Shown here in pieces: positions 14,201-26,581 of a DNA stretch of 64,000 nucleotides. The DNA is from Phoronis australis. Taxonomy: Eukaryota; Animalia; Phoronida. The position numbers and the translations under genes are program-made. Where the stretch lies: contig NMRA01000222.1 of NCBI GenBank assembly GCA_002633005.1, forward strand, positions 1 to 64,000, given 5' to 3'. The notes under the pieces were generated by a model. That model saw nothing but the letters and a program-made list of their open reading frames with translations. It had not been told where the DNA came from and did no database searches. Positions within the stretch are counted from its first letter, which is position 1. Every line of letters starts with the position of its first letter.

Positions 14201-17200
14201 TTCTAGGGACGTGGTTATAGCCTAACTGTTCAGTGCTACCAATGGAATTTTGTAAGGGGCATCCAAGAAAGTGAATTTCTTGCATATCCCTTAAACATGG
14301 CTTATCATCGGCATGTTTTTCTTTGCTTGTGTTGAGATGGGGTTTCTCTGACCCCTCCTTAATGCGCCTTTGTAGTAAACTACTTTATGGCGAGTTCAAA
14401 GTGTACAAGCATGGAAAAAAATGATTTCCTTGCAGATGCTAGATTCGGTAAAGCCTCCTATCCTTACAACCTGATGAACATATTTGGGTTTAACCCTGGC
14501 GCTAAAGCCCATGCCACAATCGCCAAGCACATTGAAGAATTGTCGGGTGATCCAAATTATACGTTCAAACAGGTACGTAATTATTCTAAGAAAATGACTG
14601 TTAAAATTATATTTCATTCGAGCATTTACCTTCAGTCAAATGCAATCCTGCTGTCCTGATGACTGACCACGCATCGACTCACAGACGACAATCTTTCGCT
14701 TTGTTTTATGGTCTCAAGTAGGCAATTTGTAATTTGAAAAAGCATCACAGGCAATGTCTCTTAAAGTTAGTCAACCAAATGTGCTAGTTGTACTGTTAAG
14801 TTCAGCGAAAAAAAACAACGTATTCTATAACTGGGAAATAGATCTTGGTGTTGATGCATCTCCTGATTGGTGGAGAAAGGTGAAAACTTATTCTTGACAA
14901 TTTCCTAGTGATACCGCAGTGTCAGTTTGCTCCGTGTCAGTCCGTTTACACACTTGAACAACTCGTTCCGTGTCAGCTGATCCGTGTCAACATTGTAAGT
15001 GTAAACGGCACTTTAGAGGTTTCAAATTTAGATATATTTTTGGAAAGAATGAAGTACATGACGTAATTAATCTAATTGTTTGTTTATGAAAAACTCATTA
15101 TTAATGGACAGCGTCTTAAAAACACGGCTTCCAATTTAACATACGTTAAAAGGGAAGTCTTTGAGTATTTCAAAATTTGAAAAATACATATTTTACGATA
15201 ATTTAAAATTCGAAGATGCTAAAAACAAGTGGACCACTACGGTACTGTTATTTTGAGGCAGTTTATTTTTGAGTTGTAAATGACCCCCACCACAAGTGTG
15301 CATGTGCGTATAATTGTGGTTCTAAATGTCTTCCCTTCACTTTCACGTGTATGCAAAGGTATTATGTATAATATTAATAATAATAATAATAATAGTAATA
15401 ATAACAATGACGATGACGGTGACGGTGACAATGACAATGAGAATGAGAATGACAATGATAATATAGAACAATAAGAAGAACTGTCATAAGTAACGTGTCA
15501 AGGTGTTGTACAAATAGAATACATTTGATGAGTCCCCTAGAAATGATTTCTACAAAGAACCACTTTAATAGAGATCGACAAAAACTCATGATTCCCAGAA
15601 ATCAGAAGCACGAATGGTCCCTTGGTATTCGAATGTTTAGTGATGGACCCGCAAATAAGAAAAGACATGCCGTCACATTGGGTCCAAAACGTCAAAATGA
15701 CGTCATGCTACACATTCCTGTTGCTTTTCTTCAGAAAGGCGCTAACTCTGACCGGATATCAATAAGGTTATACACGGTAGTGTTGGCGCAAGAAATAACG
15801 GTAGAGATAATGATGCAACTCGACTGACAAGTACTGATCAGTGCAAGTTCCTTTTTAAAGTCATAAGAACCCGGATATCACCTTCAGTCCCGTGAGTGTC
15901 CAGTGTCTTGAGTCGTTTTCTCATTTAGGTCATCTAATCGTTGGAAACGTCTTGGAAGACGAAGTGAACGAGCCAGGTGAAATTTAATTAGTAAGAAACT
16001 TAACTGAAGATCTCATTCCAAAAATTTCCAATCAATTTTCTGGTGAGACGTCAACTGTTTGAACACATTGTACTACATTCTGATTTGTGTATGCAGCTAT
16101 ACGAAGATCGAGGTACAGAGCTGTGCATTGTCGCTAGTAACATCAATGGCATGACAATTGAGTACTTCCATCCCAAAACCACTCCACATGCTGTGATAGC
16201 AGATACTGTTCGGATGTCCATGAGCATTCCAGGTAAGAATTATGCATTCTGGTGACAGTACCACGCATGCAAACAAGTATGCCTAATCTTATTGAAGTAC
16301 ATGTATACTCTGCTGAGCGGATAACTAAACAGAAATGTGATAATGCAAACTGCCATCAATCGAAACTCTTTATGTAGCTTTGATATGTTCAGATAAATAA
16401 CACAAGTACCTGGGTCCTATTCATCCACATGTAGGCCTACATGAATAGTCCACTCTGCTTAGTGTTCCAGTTCAGTGGAGACTGAGCGCATTCTGCGCGA
16501 ACGCCGGAGGAGGTAAGACAAGACCTTTTAAAGGAGCTTTATGTTTTTAGCATTGTGTCCCTATCAAGATGAAAGTAAAAGGCTTCGACGCTCTGAAAGA
16601 TGGTGAAGGTCGGAACCACTCACCCTCGAACCAGCGCCACCTATGCCGGTGTGACATTAAATTTTGACCCCCAGGGAAAAATGACCCCCGAAACTTTTTC
16701 AACTTTGAAAAATGACCGGGGATCAATTGAACCAAGGCATCGTTTATTATTAGAAAAAATTTGAAACCGGTTTCCTATACGAAATGAAAATATGCTTTTT
16801 GATAGTTTAAAGCAAAATGCCTCTGTACACTGTGTGTTTCACTAGAATGTCACAATTTTACGGTGCTTTCACGCTTAGTTTTAACCACGACTTAAACCAA
16901 GAATTATGTCTTGTCGCAAGTCCCCGTTTAGACTCTGTAAAACTTGTTAAATCACGTTTTAGCGAAAAAGCACCATGATTAGACAGCTTCTTTTCCTATG
17001 TGTATTTCAGTCGTAATGGCACCCTGGAAGGACACGAATGGCAAATCATATTACGTTGATGGCGGAGTTCTGTGTAACTTTCCTATCCACGTGTTTGATG
17101 GTAAGATTTACCGTATATCATGTGCACGTAATTTGGTGATAATAGCCATTCCACGAGAAAATCCAAAAAAATAAAAAATCACTCTAAAGGTCATCTCTCA

Positions 17201-20200
17201 CGTTCAACTTAAACTTTGGATATGTAATCGTGGTGTGGCTCTGATTAAAAAATCACCAAATTTGCTCTTTTTTAGCCTTTTATCTATTTACCGATGGGCC
17301 TTCAAATGTTCACGACGAAAATGACACGTTTTTGCATAGCGAAAACAAACAGCAACTTTCCAATGTCAAAAACAAGTAGATTGCATGCAATGAAAGAAAA
17401 CTCAAAATGCGATTACTAAGCGAGACGTACAGTAAGTGCCCGGTTGCATGAAACAGTCCCAAATAGGGACTCAACTAAGTTCCCTAAATTTACTGCGCAT
17501 TTTTAACTTGTGAAAACATCGATTACCCTTTCTTGTATTGCTTTAGTTTCATTATTAAATCATCTTTTGACTTTGATAAAAATCGAGATTGAACTCTACG
17601 TTGAATTGTCAATATTATCGAAAATATTTAGGAATCTTTTCATGCAACACCCCTTACTTAAAGATTGGGTCCCTATTTATTTTAAATGAACTCGGGGCTC
17701 AGTTTTTAGTTATATTATTAGAAAATGCCATTAATCAAAGAGGAACTCATAAGAAAAGATTTATGGACCTATTTGACACTGTTTCATGCAACCGGCCACT
17801 GGACTCCCATATAAAATTGATACTGATAATTTTGCTGCATTCATCACGTTACAGGGGAGATATATCCGGAGGCACTTTTTGTAGTGTTGAAACTGGGTGT
17901 CACGCGAGTGCTTCTACAAGCTAGTTTGTGGGGTTGCGGACACTGGACGATATGTTTATGGATAGATCTTCAACGATGAATAAATTTAAGATATCTTTCG
18001 AATGGGCTCTTTCCCTTTTTTCAAAAAAGGCTCCATTTGCGCATTCTACACATTTTATCGAATATTTTTTCTAACTTCATTACATTTAAAATGTTTTCAA
18101 GATGAAATGATTAATGAGAATCGACATTTTAGACACCATAATGCTGTCTGACATATCCACACACCGTTTCACCCATTGAACGTTCAAAAGTGACGATGGG
18201 TCAGAGGTTAAATAGGCAAAAACTGCGTGGTGCCAATACCCAAAACAATTGACAATCTTAGAGACAATTTTAAGGCTGACGTGAATAATTCATGTGATAT
18301 TTTAAGGCGAGTTAGCTTTTATTTATAAACAATTCTTTTGAGGTACGATTTCGATACCATGAAGCAGACGAACCAAAATTATTTGTTCTCTTTGAAGGCA
18401 GAAGCCTACATCAAAGGAAAGACATTGATGTCTGAAATGCATAAAGTGAAAATATAGTCGTTTTCAAACATACATGTGCCATCGTTTCCTCGCTGGAATT
18501 GTTTTGGTCAAATTTCAAGAAAGTTCACCAAAGAAAACTAGTTATAGAAAGTGCCACCAGGGGGCAGCAGCAGTAGTCGAATTATCTAGAAGTCGAAATC
18601 GATGGATTCAATCACTATAGAAACATATTTAGCAAAACATATGAAGCCCCTTAATGAGGTTTAAGAGAAACAATTATATACTGACCGTAGGCAAGCACTT
18701 TAAGATGGGCGATGGTATGTCCTTTCTATCGACTCAATGATACTTTAAAACAAAGAGCCCATTTTTACTTTCTAAGTCAGACAGCCAATTGGCGGAAAAT
18801 ATATGAAATCACCAACACCCAGCATATTGGCCCCAGAGCACTTCAAAAATGACAAAATAATCAAAAAACACAAAACTGGGTAAAAATTACCGAATTTTGG
18901 TGATCCAGTGAAGGTTATGAAAACTCCATTGAAATTCAAAGGCTGTTTTCAGATAGAGAGGTTCAATGTTTAGATATTAAACATCTTAAGTCTTTCCCTG
19001 TTATTTGAAGTCTTGTTGAAATAACTTAATCAACTGAACCTTTTTGAACCAAAAATGTGCCACTTTGGGCCAAAATGTTCATAATGCTTTTACTTAAAAA
19101 ATGGCAAGAATCAAATAAAAATTTTGAACATATCTCATCGAGATGACGACCTCACAATTTTTCGAGATCTAAATCGGTGACTCTAGAGTCGACCTTTTGG
19201 TGCTCTCGACGGTGGAATGACAGTTTTAAAATTTGCGCCTAACATGTATAGTCGAAACTAGGCACAAGTCATGCGGCTATATTAGATACTTCAGTAAAGA
19301 CTAGAAGGAAATTTCTAAAATGTAGAATCAGCGAAAACTGGCTTGTCCTTTATAAAGTGGTAGACGTGTGTCCAATTTAGCATCAACTGTTAAATGGAAA
19401 AACAGCCTGTCAAACAGACGCAACCACGAAAACCGAACTAGTTGAGACACGTACCGAGGGAACTGCCACCTGCGCTAATATGCAATACATTTAAGCAGTA
19501 AATCGAGAGGTGGAAATAATTCCGTCATCGAGCCTCTGAATTTCAGTTACGGACCAGCAGACACCAGTTCTGTTTTATAAATCCAGAGGCCCGGGCCTCT
19601 GAGTTCACACACTCGCCGAAAATGTCCCATACATGGTCCCGAACTTCATTCCCGAGGACCAGATTCCAATGTAGTGACTCGAAATTTCGGCTACAGACGA
19701 ACCCATGTAGTCTGGTCCGTTAGATTGTACTTTGATGACGTGTATGGAGAATTTTACGCGCGGTTGTATATACGTTTCTCAAACACACAGAAAAAACATA
19801 AGATATGGTGCCTGTGGCAGCTGTTGTTTTTAGCTTTCACTCCCTTGTAATTCCTTTGAAAAATCGTGCAAAGCCACATAAACTTTTATCTTATCCGTTC
19901 TATATGGGTTAGTTAAAACAAGAGTTCAAAATGCGTCCAATCGGACTCTGGCCAAATTGGAAGTTGAATTCGCGCAGACAATACGAATCTCGTTCCTCGT
20001 CGACATTGAGCAGTTGCTGAAATATCTATGACGACATTTTTTTATTAAAAATCACGAGTTAGAAGAGATTGGTGTGGACTAGTTAATACTAGAAACTACA
20101 TGTAGTCTTTTAAGACTTCTTCCTAGACAATCCTCGTTAACAGCTAATCGAGGAATAGGTCCATATTGCACCCACACGTTATACAACCTGCAAGGAGTTG

Positions 20201-23200
20201 TACGTTGCATTTCATGTAAACGCTATATGTATGACAATATATACAATGTAGGCCTGCTGCTCACAGGAGTTACTTTTTAGGTTGGTTTCTGTCGATGGAC
20301 CCAAAGGATTCATTTTTCCGTCGGCTACCAGAGGGTTATAAGAGTTGGTTCAACACTTTCAACGAAAAAACGTTGGGTATTTGCGTGGTAAGTATAACGA
20401 TTATTATTTCACCCCAGGGCCCGGTCTCTAATCTTTGTACTCGAAACGAACTCGAAACTATTTTTGGCAATTTCTCTACTCCTTTTGTGCTAACTTAAGA
20501 TAAGTGGTTATCAGGCTGTGCTCGAATACATTATAGTTTATGCATAGGAGTTTCTAGTTCAAGTTTGCCCTTGAAGACCCTTATATTCGTGCTACAAACT
20601 CGAGTAAAACCTCGAATTTTCGAGTTCAAACTCGAACTTATTGCTTTAATATTGGGTTTACAATCTGTGAACTAAGGACAAAAAATTATCTACGTAAGTT
20701 ATTGTGTACTCGAGCATAGAATAATAGACACTTATCCTGAGTTCGCCCAAAAGTAGAGTAGAAAATGCCAAACCTAATTTCGAGTTCCATTTCGAGTAAA
20801 AAGATTGGAGACCGGGCCCAGGTTGGCTTCCATTTCTCAGTGATTCTGGCCTGTAAAGCTACAGGTCCGTTTACTTGACAGATCGCTTTCCTTTCTCAAC
20901 AACGTCGAAACGAGTTCGCTAAATCAGTAACAGGCCAAGTATACATGTATCATATACCCGGCGATTCGCATTTTCTGTTCCTGTTCAAGTTGTTCGAGAG
21001 TTTTCAGAATGTAAAATAATGTCCGTTTAAACTTATCCCAACGTTTATCGAGGACAATTCTTTACTGTTTTTTAAGATATTTGAATATGTGTTTAGAACG
21101 AAGGCTTCTGTATCGTTGATTGCCAGCTCGTGTTTTACACGTAGTTCTAGCACTCAGTTTAAATACTGAGAAACACTTTTTGACGACTGTGGGGGGGGGG
21201 GGTCACTAGTCTTCATGTAAGTCCACTGTACACGTGCTAAATTAGAAGAGTGGTCTGTACGAATATTGATTCATTTCAGCACGAGATGGGCGAGGTGGAT
21301 AAAATGTCAATAAGTGGCAGAGGTAAATGTCACGATAAACAAGTTAAGAGACCTGACACGCCACAAGCACGGTAAAATTTCATTTACTACTTCGCTTCAG
21401 TTTTAGTCATCTCAAAATGGCGGCAAAATTCTTCTTAACTTGGAGAGGTCGGTTTGTTTGTTTCTATGAGGCGGATCTTTTTGCCCCCTTCGCCAATGGA
21501 GGGTGGGAGGGGGGATTGGAAGTTGTCTCCCCTCCCGAGCCCCCCTGGTTGCGCGCATGTATTTTACTTGATGTTTCTATAATTACATGACTTGATTGTT
21601 TGTTCTGAGAACACTGTGATTAAGACGAACCGAAAGAGAAATGCTGCATGGCTACCTATGTTAAAGAAACTATGTATACGCAAAAAACCCTTTTGACACC
21701 AAATTTGTGTTTGCAGTGAAAAAGGAAAGATCTGTGACGACCACTTGAAACGTATGGATGACAGATCTAATCTTTGCCAAGCTGTTTATGCCATCCTGAA
21801 AAATGTTGGGAAGTTTGACAAAGACGAGTCTGGCGCTTTGAACAAAGAGGAGTTGCTGGCTTCATTTCACAGTGTAAGTATGGAAATGCAAACATCTTAG
21901 AAATGGGCGAGACCAAAAGATACGTGCTTAGCCAGCCTCTTAAATGAACGAAAGCTAAGCGGGTGGGACATTTGTAAATGTAATCAATTTCTGGGAATTA
22001 AATCGCAGCTTTAATTCGTTGTGAAGTATGTTATCGCCCTCTGCACAGTGTTTTCCCGGGAGACAAGCTGTGTCGATGTTGACTGCATTTATTGTTGCGC
22101 TACATACGGTTCAGTAGGGCCTATGCAGCATGCCTATATGGAGCCGAGGGCGGGAATGAATTCCACAACACACCAGCTCTTTTAGAATCAGGCCAAAAAA
22201 ACTGCATGGTACACTGCTCGGTTTTATCTGTTCATGGTTGCTTCAACCGTACCCTCAGAGCACACGATACGACTTATCATAACTTTGCTTACGCAGGGAG
22301 ACCAGAAATTGGAAGCTGCCTACAAAACTGTGTTTGGAGACAACACTATACCGGAGGAAATTCTGGAACATGTGAATGCCGGGGAAGAGGTAGTCCAAGT
22401 TAATTTCATACGTCCACAATGCTTTGCTGTTTTCGACTTTGTAGCACTTTTGAAGTGATTCGTGTATTAAAAATTACACAACACACAAGCGGGAGACCGT
22501 CACTAGCTGACATTGAATGGCAGCATAGCCATAATAATTTCATACTTGCTATGAGATTAAGCCACGCTGCTGTCATTTGCCAACTCGAGATATTACGTTT
22601 TCAGAATTACTAGTTTGTACATATTTCAAGACCTGATTGTTCGTTTCCTCTCCTACTCGACTGTAACACTGTATTTGGTTCCGGTCCCTCATTGGCTCAG
22701 AGTGAGTACTCATGTAGACTTATTAGTTTTGAAAACCTATGGTTGTACTTACGGTGTATTCCTGACTTGTCGTTTGTTTTTTCAGTTTGATTTTGAAATG
22801 TTCGCCAAATACGTGGAGAATCACATTGGCATCTCAATGTTTGAGCTCAAAGAAAGCGTCAGTGCCCTACCCGTGTCAAATTTCACGGAGTTCATGTCGG
22901 CGCTCGTGAACACGTGGCAAAACGGGACGGCTGACAGATTTGTCTCAGTAAGTATACACGAAAGATAAAATTTTTCACGATTTCCATGTAATGATTTAAT
23001 TAAACGGTCTGTGAGCATGATATACAGAGCGATTTCGAGTGCTGCTGCGTCAAACGTCTCTCCTACGCACAGTGCCCGACTCACCATTCAGGTACTGGCT
23101 ACTGATTGGAGCCCAGTGCAAATTAGGGGTCCCATCGTACTTGCAGAGCTATTGAAAGCCTGTTGGAACAGGGGGTAATCCCGATGGCTGACGTAAACAA

Positions 23201-26200
23201 ACTAAGCTTTGGGACCTGCACGAAATTTGAACCCTTGCCTCGTCGCTACAGGTGCCTGTCGGAAGTGTTGACTACTTGGCACTGGGGGAGGGGTTGGGGG
23301 CAATACGAAAATTATTGGTACAGGGAACCGTAATGACTAAGGCCCCAAACGTTATAGCTTGGGTTCCCAGAGGAACATTGATCTGGCATGGTAGAATGGC
23401 CTACTCGATATTCTCCTGGTGACGCTAATGACTGGCCTCTTTTGACATCTGTTCAGTGAGAGCAGAACTCATTTCTTCAGCAAGGGGGCGTTCGTGTGAC
23501 GAGGGACACATATGATTGCTATACGTCTTTAGGTACATTTTCTACTAACGTGTGCAACTGAAAAAAATACCGGTATGTGGAAAAATAAAAAGTAGTTAGG
23601 ATTGCAAAAATTGTTGGAATTGGACTGTTAAAGTGGAAGGCAACCGTTTCCTGTGCCATTTTTGGTTAAATTGCGATTTTCTGGTTTTCCTTAATAAAAG
23701 TTCAAGGTATTATCCCCCAGATTCTAAGTTTAATGCATGCGTCAAGTACTCCGGAAGTGATCATGTTCGTGGCCCGAATCATTCCCTGTCATCGCTGTTT
23801 AAATACATTTGAGAGTATGTTTGTTATCGGATAGTCATTGTCAAGGTGAGATTGGAACAAGACAGACCGCTATTAGCTGTTCTCAGACTCTTGCTAAATA
23901 TGTTTGGAAGGATTTGCGTACCGGAATACAAGCATCATGAGCTATCGAAGAGCATAGGAGTTAGTTTTCACCGATTACTTGTAAACGACGATTAGCCGGG
24001 GTGAGATAGCCGCGGATTAAGCGGGGAAACTATCCCGTGTGCGGCAAATTTCTATAACCGTCGCATTACGTTGCAGAGATCATGAAGGTGCCTACTAAAC
24101 TTGTTCTGATAGGATACTTACCTTCTATCCTCCGTCGCCACCTATTAGTAAATGTTTTTGAAACGTGAAGCGTCGAGAGCTGCAGCCACTGGCTGTTGGT
24201 GTCACCTGTGCACGTGAACAATTACCTGTTCGTGACTCGTGTTTTTGTGGTTGCCAACTCTAGCTATTTCCCGTAAATAGCTGAATTCTACTTAACTGGT
24301 TTCTTGTTCAATCTTGGATTGTCAGAGGAATACTCGTCGAAGGCAAATAATTGCGGCATTATTTGTAAAATAATATACAACCAACAGAACCCTGTGAGAA
24401 TTTAGTAAATTTGGCCGGAAACTTATCTAGATTAAACGTGGCAATTTAATCAAAAAGAAGCTAAAATGACTGCTTTCACCTTTATTGTAAGTAGCAGAAC
24501 GCCTCTTTCATAAATTTATTGATTGTGATTGTTCGAATATTCAAATATCAGGTGTTACAAATCATGTTTGATTACTGTGCCAGGTTGCAAAAACAGCTCC
24601 AAATAGGGGCTCGACTAAGTTATCAAAATGTTTGGGTGTTTGTTTCGTTCTTTACTCCCAGATTTTTATATTTTTATCGTTTTACCTTATTACGAGCTCG
24701 TGACATTTTCTAATGATATAACTAAAACTGGCCCCTTAATGTAGTCATAATAATCAGGGGCTTAGTACTTAAATTAGGGGCGTTGCATGAAAAGCTCTCG
24801 ACTCCTTACTTTCAATAATAATAAGAATTAAACGTAGGGTTCACTTTCGATTTGTATCAAAGCCAAAAACTGACAATCAGTGGTTTCACAAGCACCAAAA
24901 ATACTCGTTAGATTTAGGGAACTTAAGTGAGTCCCTATTTGGGTCTGTATCATGCCACCGGGTGTTGATGCATATGTTAAAATATGCGAACCTCATCAAC
25001 ACTGGGCACCAATTCACAAAGTCACTTTTGGTATCTAATGACGTATCGGAAGAATTCACGGTTAGTTAAAATGGAGTTTCCGTGAGCTTTTTGATGGAAC
25101 AGTAGTGTTCGGCTGCTTATTTGAAGTTAGTTTGTCATTTAAAGAGATAATAAACCCGCCTTCCGTCTCAAAAACAATTTAATTTAGACCTGTTGTCGTT
25201 TAAAATTGTTCTCAAATTGTTCAAGATAGTGAAAAGCGGCGTGATTTATGGAAATGAAGAAACGAAAGTGTGTTGTATATTGCTCGACTCCACACTGAGG
25301 CTCTTCAAGCTGACTTGTTATTCTGTCTCACAGAATAAGGAACTGCCAGTTCTTTGGAAATCAGACTGAAAATCACTTCACTTTTGAGTAAGGGTGAAGT
25401 TGAGATGAATTCCGCTTTCTGCATATTTTCGTCCGGGGACAACGCTTTTCTGTTTTGTGTAAATTAGTGGAGAATGAAGCTATATGCCACGATAAGATTG
25501 CACGTCAAACGGTTCACTTTTATAGAGCAATGGTGAATATCAAATCAACGTCCAGTGACCTTCACCTTGAGACCATGGGAACATCTTGTGGGAAGGTAAC
25601 AATTGAGAACACTGACATTCAGACTTCCAGCAAATAATTTTTACGGGGAGCTTAATTATATTTTACACGGTATAAGCAAACTGACTGTTCTCTGATGCCA
25701 AGTGAGCCATTCAAAATTTGCATTGTGGGATCCGGAAACTACCGTAATATCTTCATACACTGCCTTATCTTTACTACGTTAATGCGACTGCTTCATTGAT
25801 TTAGGAGCGTGATCCCGGGAGAACAATAAGCATATACACGGACTACATTGGATCGCTGGACATCAACATGGAACAACTTGATCTCGAATTCTTGAAACGG
25901 GTAAGTTGACGAGTCCCACATCCTACACGTTTCCAGTGGCAATGGAACTCAGTGTGCCGCTGACCAGTTTTTCATTTCTCATATTTTCCCCAAGTACACT
26001 TCAATGAAGGAAAATCGTTACCAACAAAAGATGATTGTATTGCATTTTCAGGAAAGTTCACCATTACTCCAAATTAAATTTGGTCACAACCACCTGCAAT
26101 GTTTTGGCCGGAGTTTTGTAATCTGTTGTAGTTCATGTTTAAGTGATTTGAGAGTTTATGGTCAACTAAATGAAAACAAAGGATATCGGTTTACAACGAC

Positions 26201-26581
26201 ACCCAGCCACCTACTTAAAACAACTGCATATGCGCGTTGTGGCAGTACCTTGCGAGTTGGGCGAGACCTGTCATTCTCCGGAATTCATCTGGCATGTCAG
26301 AAGCAAAATCAATGTCCCAGAATCCATGAGTGGATCATGGGGCGAGCGGTATGCCGCAAAGGTTACCCTTAGGAATATGAGCCCCCCCCCTCTTCGAAAC
26401 ATCCTAAGTACCTTGGTGGAACGGGTTGTATGCACTGAGGAGCTGCGAGATTCAATACAAAAGAATGTTTTCTTTGTATAGTAATTGTTGATAAATCTGA
26501 GTATTAGTTATGTTTTTTTTTGTCTTACAGCAAGGTCGTGTCGCCGCAGCCAATTTTCTGAAGCTGGGAGTCAAACACTGA
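11128..26581 (+). CDS. Patatin-like phospholipase with EF-hand insert, copy A (12 coding exons, 1419 nt, 472 aa)
   Basis: join(11128..11283,11540..11681,14436..14572,16097..16232,17011..17100,20281..20387,21280..21371,21717..21873,22297..22389,22786..22947,25805..25900,26531..26581). All introns are GT-AG with compatible phases and there is no internal stop. Motifs: GGGVKA, GTSGG, RMSMSIP, DGG, EF loop DKDESGALNKEE. Confidence 0.92.
11540..11681 (+). CDS. Patatin A coding exon 2 (catalytic Ser motif RIAGTSGGAIAA)
   Basis: aacag|ATT TTG GAC...CTA G|gtaagc; GxSxG nucleophile elbow. Confidence 0.92.
11783..12776. mobile_element. Non-autonomous TIR element in intron 2 of copy A, with nested MITE fragments
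   Basis: ~110-bp imperfect inverted repeats (accgcagccttttcgc...ctgcagttatcgt versus acgataactgcag...gcgaaaaggctgcggt); nested cagtggcggatctagg terminus at ~12178. Confidence 0.65.
14436..14572 (+). CDS. Patatin A coding exon 3 (DARFGK...GDPNYTFKQ)
   Basis: tgcag|AT...CAG|gtacgt; phase matches exon 2; conserved in copy B. Confidence 0.9.
15370..15462. repeat. (AAT)n / (GACAAT)n microsatellite
   Basis: Direct reading of the sequence. Confidence 0.9.
16097..16232 (+). CDS. Patatin A coding exon 4 (LYEDRG...YFHPKTTP...RMSMSIP)
   Basis: tgcag|CTA...CCA G|gtaag; RMSMSIP is a typical patatin motif. Confidence 0.92.
17011..17100 (+). CDS. Patatin A coding exon 5 (catalytic Asp motif YVDGGVLCNFPI)
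   Basis: ttcag|TC GTA...GAT G|gtaag; DGG motif. Confidence 0.92.
17438..17797. mobile_element. MITE family with GCCCGGTTGCATGAAACAGT termini (PIF/Harbinger-like)
   Basis: Inverted termini; further copies at ~7384-7750, 24579-24962 and a fragment at ~61560-61640. Confidence 0.7.
20281..20387 (+). CDS. Patatin A coding exon 6 (GWFLSMDPKDSFFRRL...TLGICV)
   Basis: tttag|GT TGG...GTG|gtaagt; conserved in copy B. Confidence 0.9.
20418..20818. mobile_element. PIF/Harbinger-type MITE with CAG target-site duplication in intron 6 of copy A
   Basis: cag|ggcccggtctc...gagaccgggcc|cag; long imperfect TIRs; absent from the equivalent intron of copy B. Confidence 0.85.
21280..21371 (+). CDS. Patatin A coding exon 7 (HEMGEVDK...RPDTPQAR)
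   Basis: ttcag|CAC...CG|gtaaaa; same length in copy B. Confidence 0.87.
21717..21873 (+). CDS. Patatin A coding exon 8 (EF-hand, FDKDESGALNKEEL)
   Basis: tgcag|T GAA...AGT|gtaagt; canonical 12-residue EF loop D-x-D-x-S-G-x-L-x-x-x-E. Confidence 0.9.
22297..22389 (+). CDS. Patatin A coding exon 9 (GDQKLEAAYKTVFG...NAGEE)
   Basis: cgcag|GGA...GAG|gtagtc; conserved in copy B. Confidence 0.87.
22786..22947 (+). CDS. Patatin A coding exon 10 (FDFEMFAKY...RFVS)
   Basis: ttcag|TTT...TCA|gtaagt; conserved in copy B. Confidence 0.88.
23632..24481. mobile_element. Probable Kolobok-like non-autonomous element
   Basis: ttaa|agtggaaggca ... tgctttcacct|ttat imperfect short TIRs; absent from copy B intron 10. 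Confidence 0.45.
24579..24962. mobile_element. MITE, same family as 17438-17797
   Basis: ggttgcaaaaacagctccaaataggg ... ccctatttgggtctgtatcatgccacc inverted ends. Confidence 0.65.
25805..25900 (+). CDS. Patatin A coding exon 11 (ERDPGRTISIYTDYIGSLD...FLKR)
   Basis: tttag|GAG...CGG|gtaagt; conserved in copy B. Confidence 0.9.
26531..26581 (+). CDS. Patatin A coding exon 12 (QGRVAAANFLKLGVKH*)
   Basis: tacag|CAA...TGA; conserved in copy B together with its 3' UTR. Confidence 0.88.
   Translation, partial: QGRVAAANFLKLGVKH

Noticed and set aside
11128-26581. Prokaryotic CBASS/CapV operon or bacterial contamination
   Set aside because: The gene is spliced, and no cyclase or other operon partners are present in the window.
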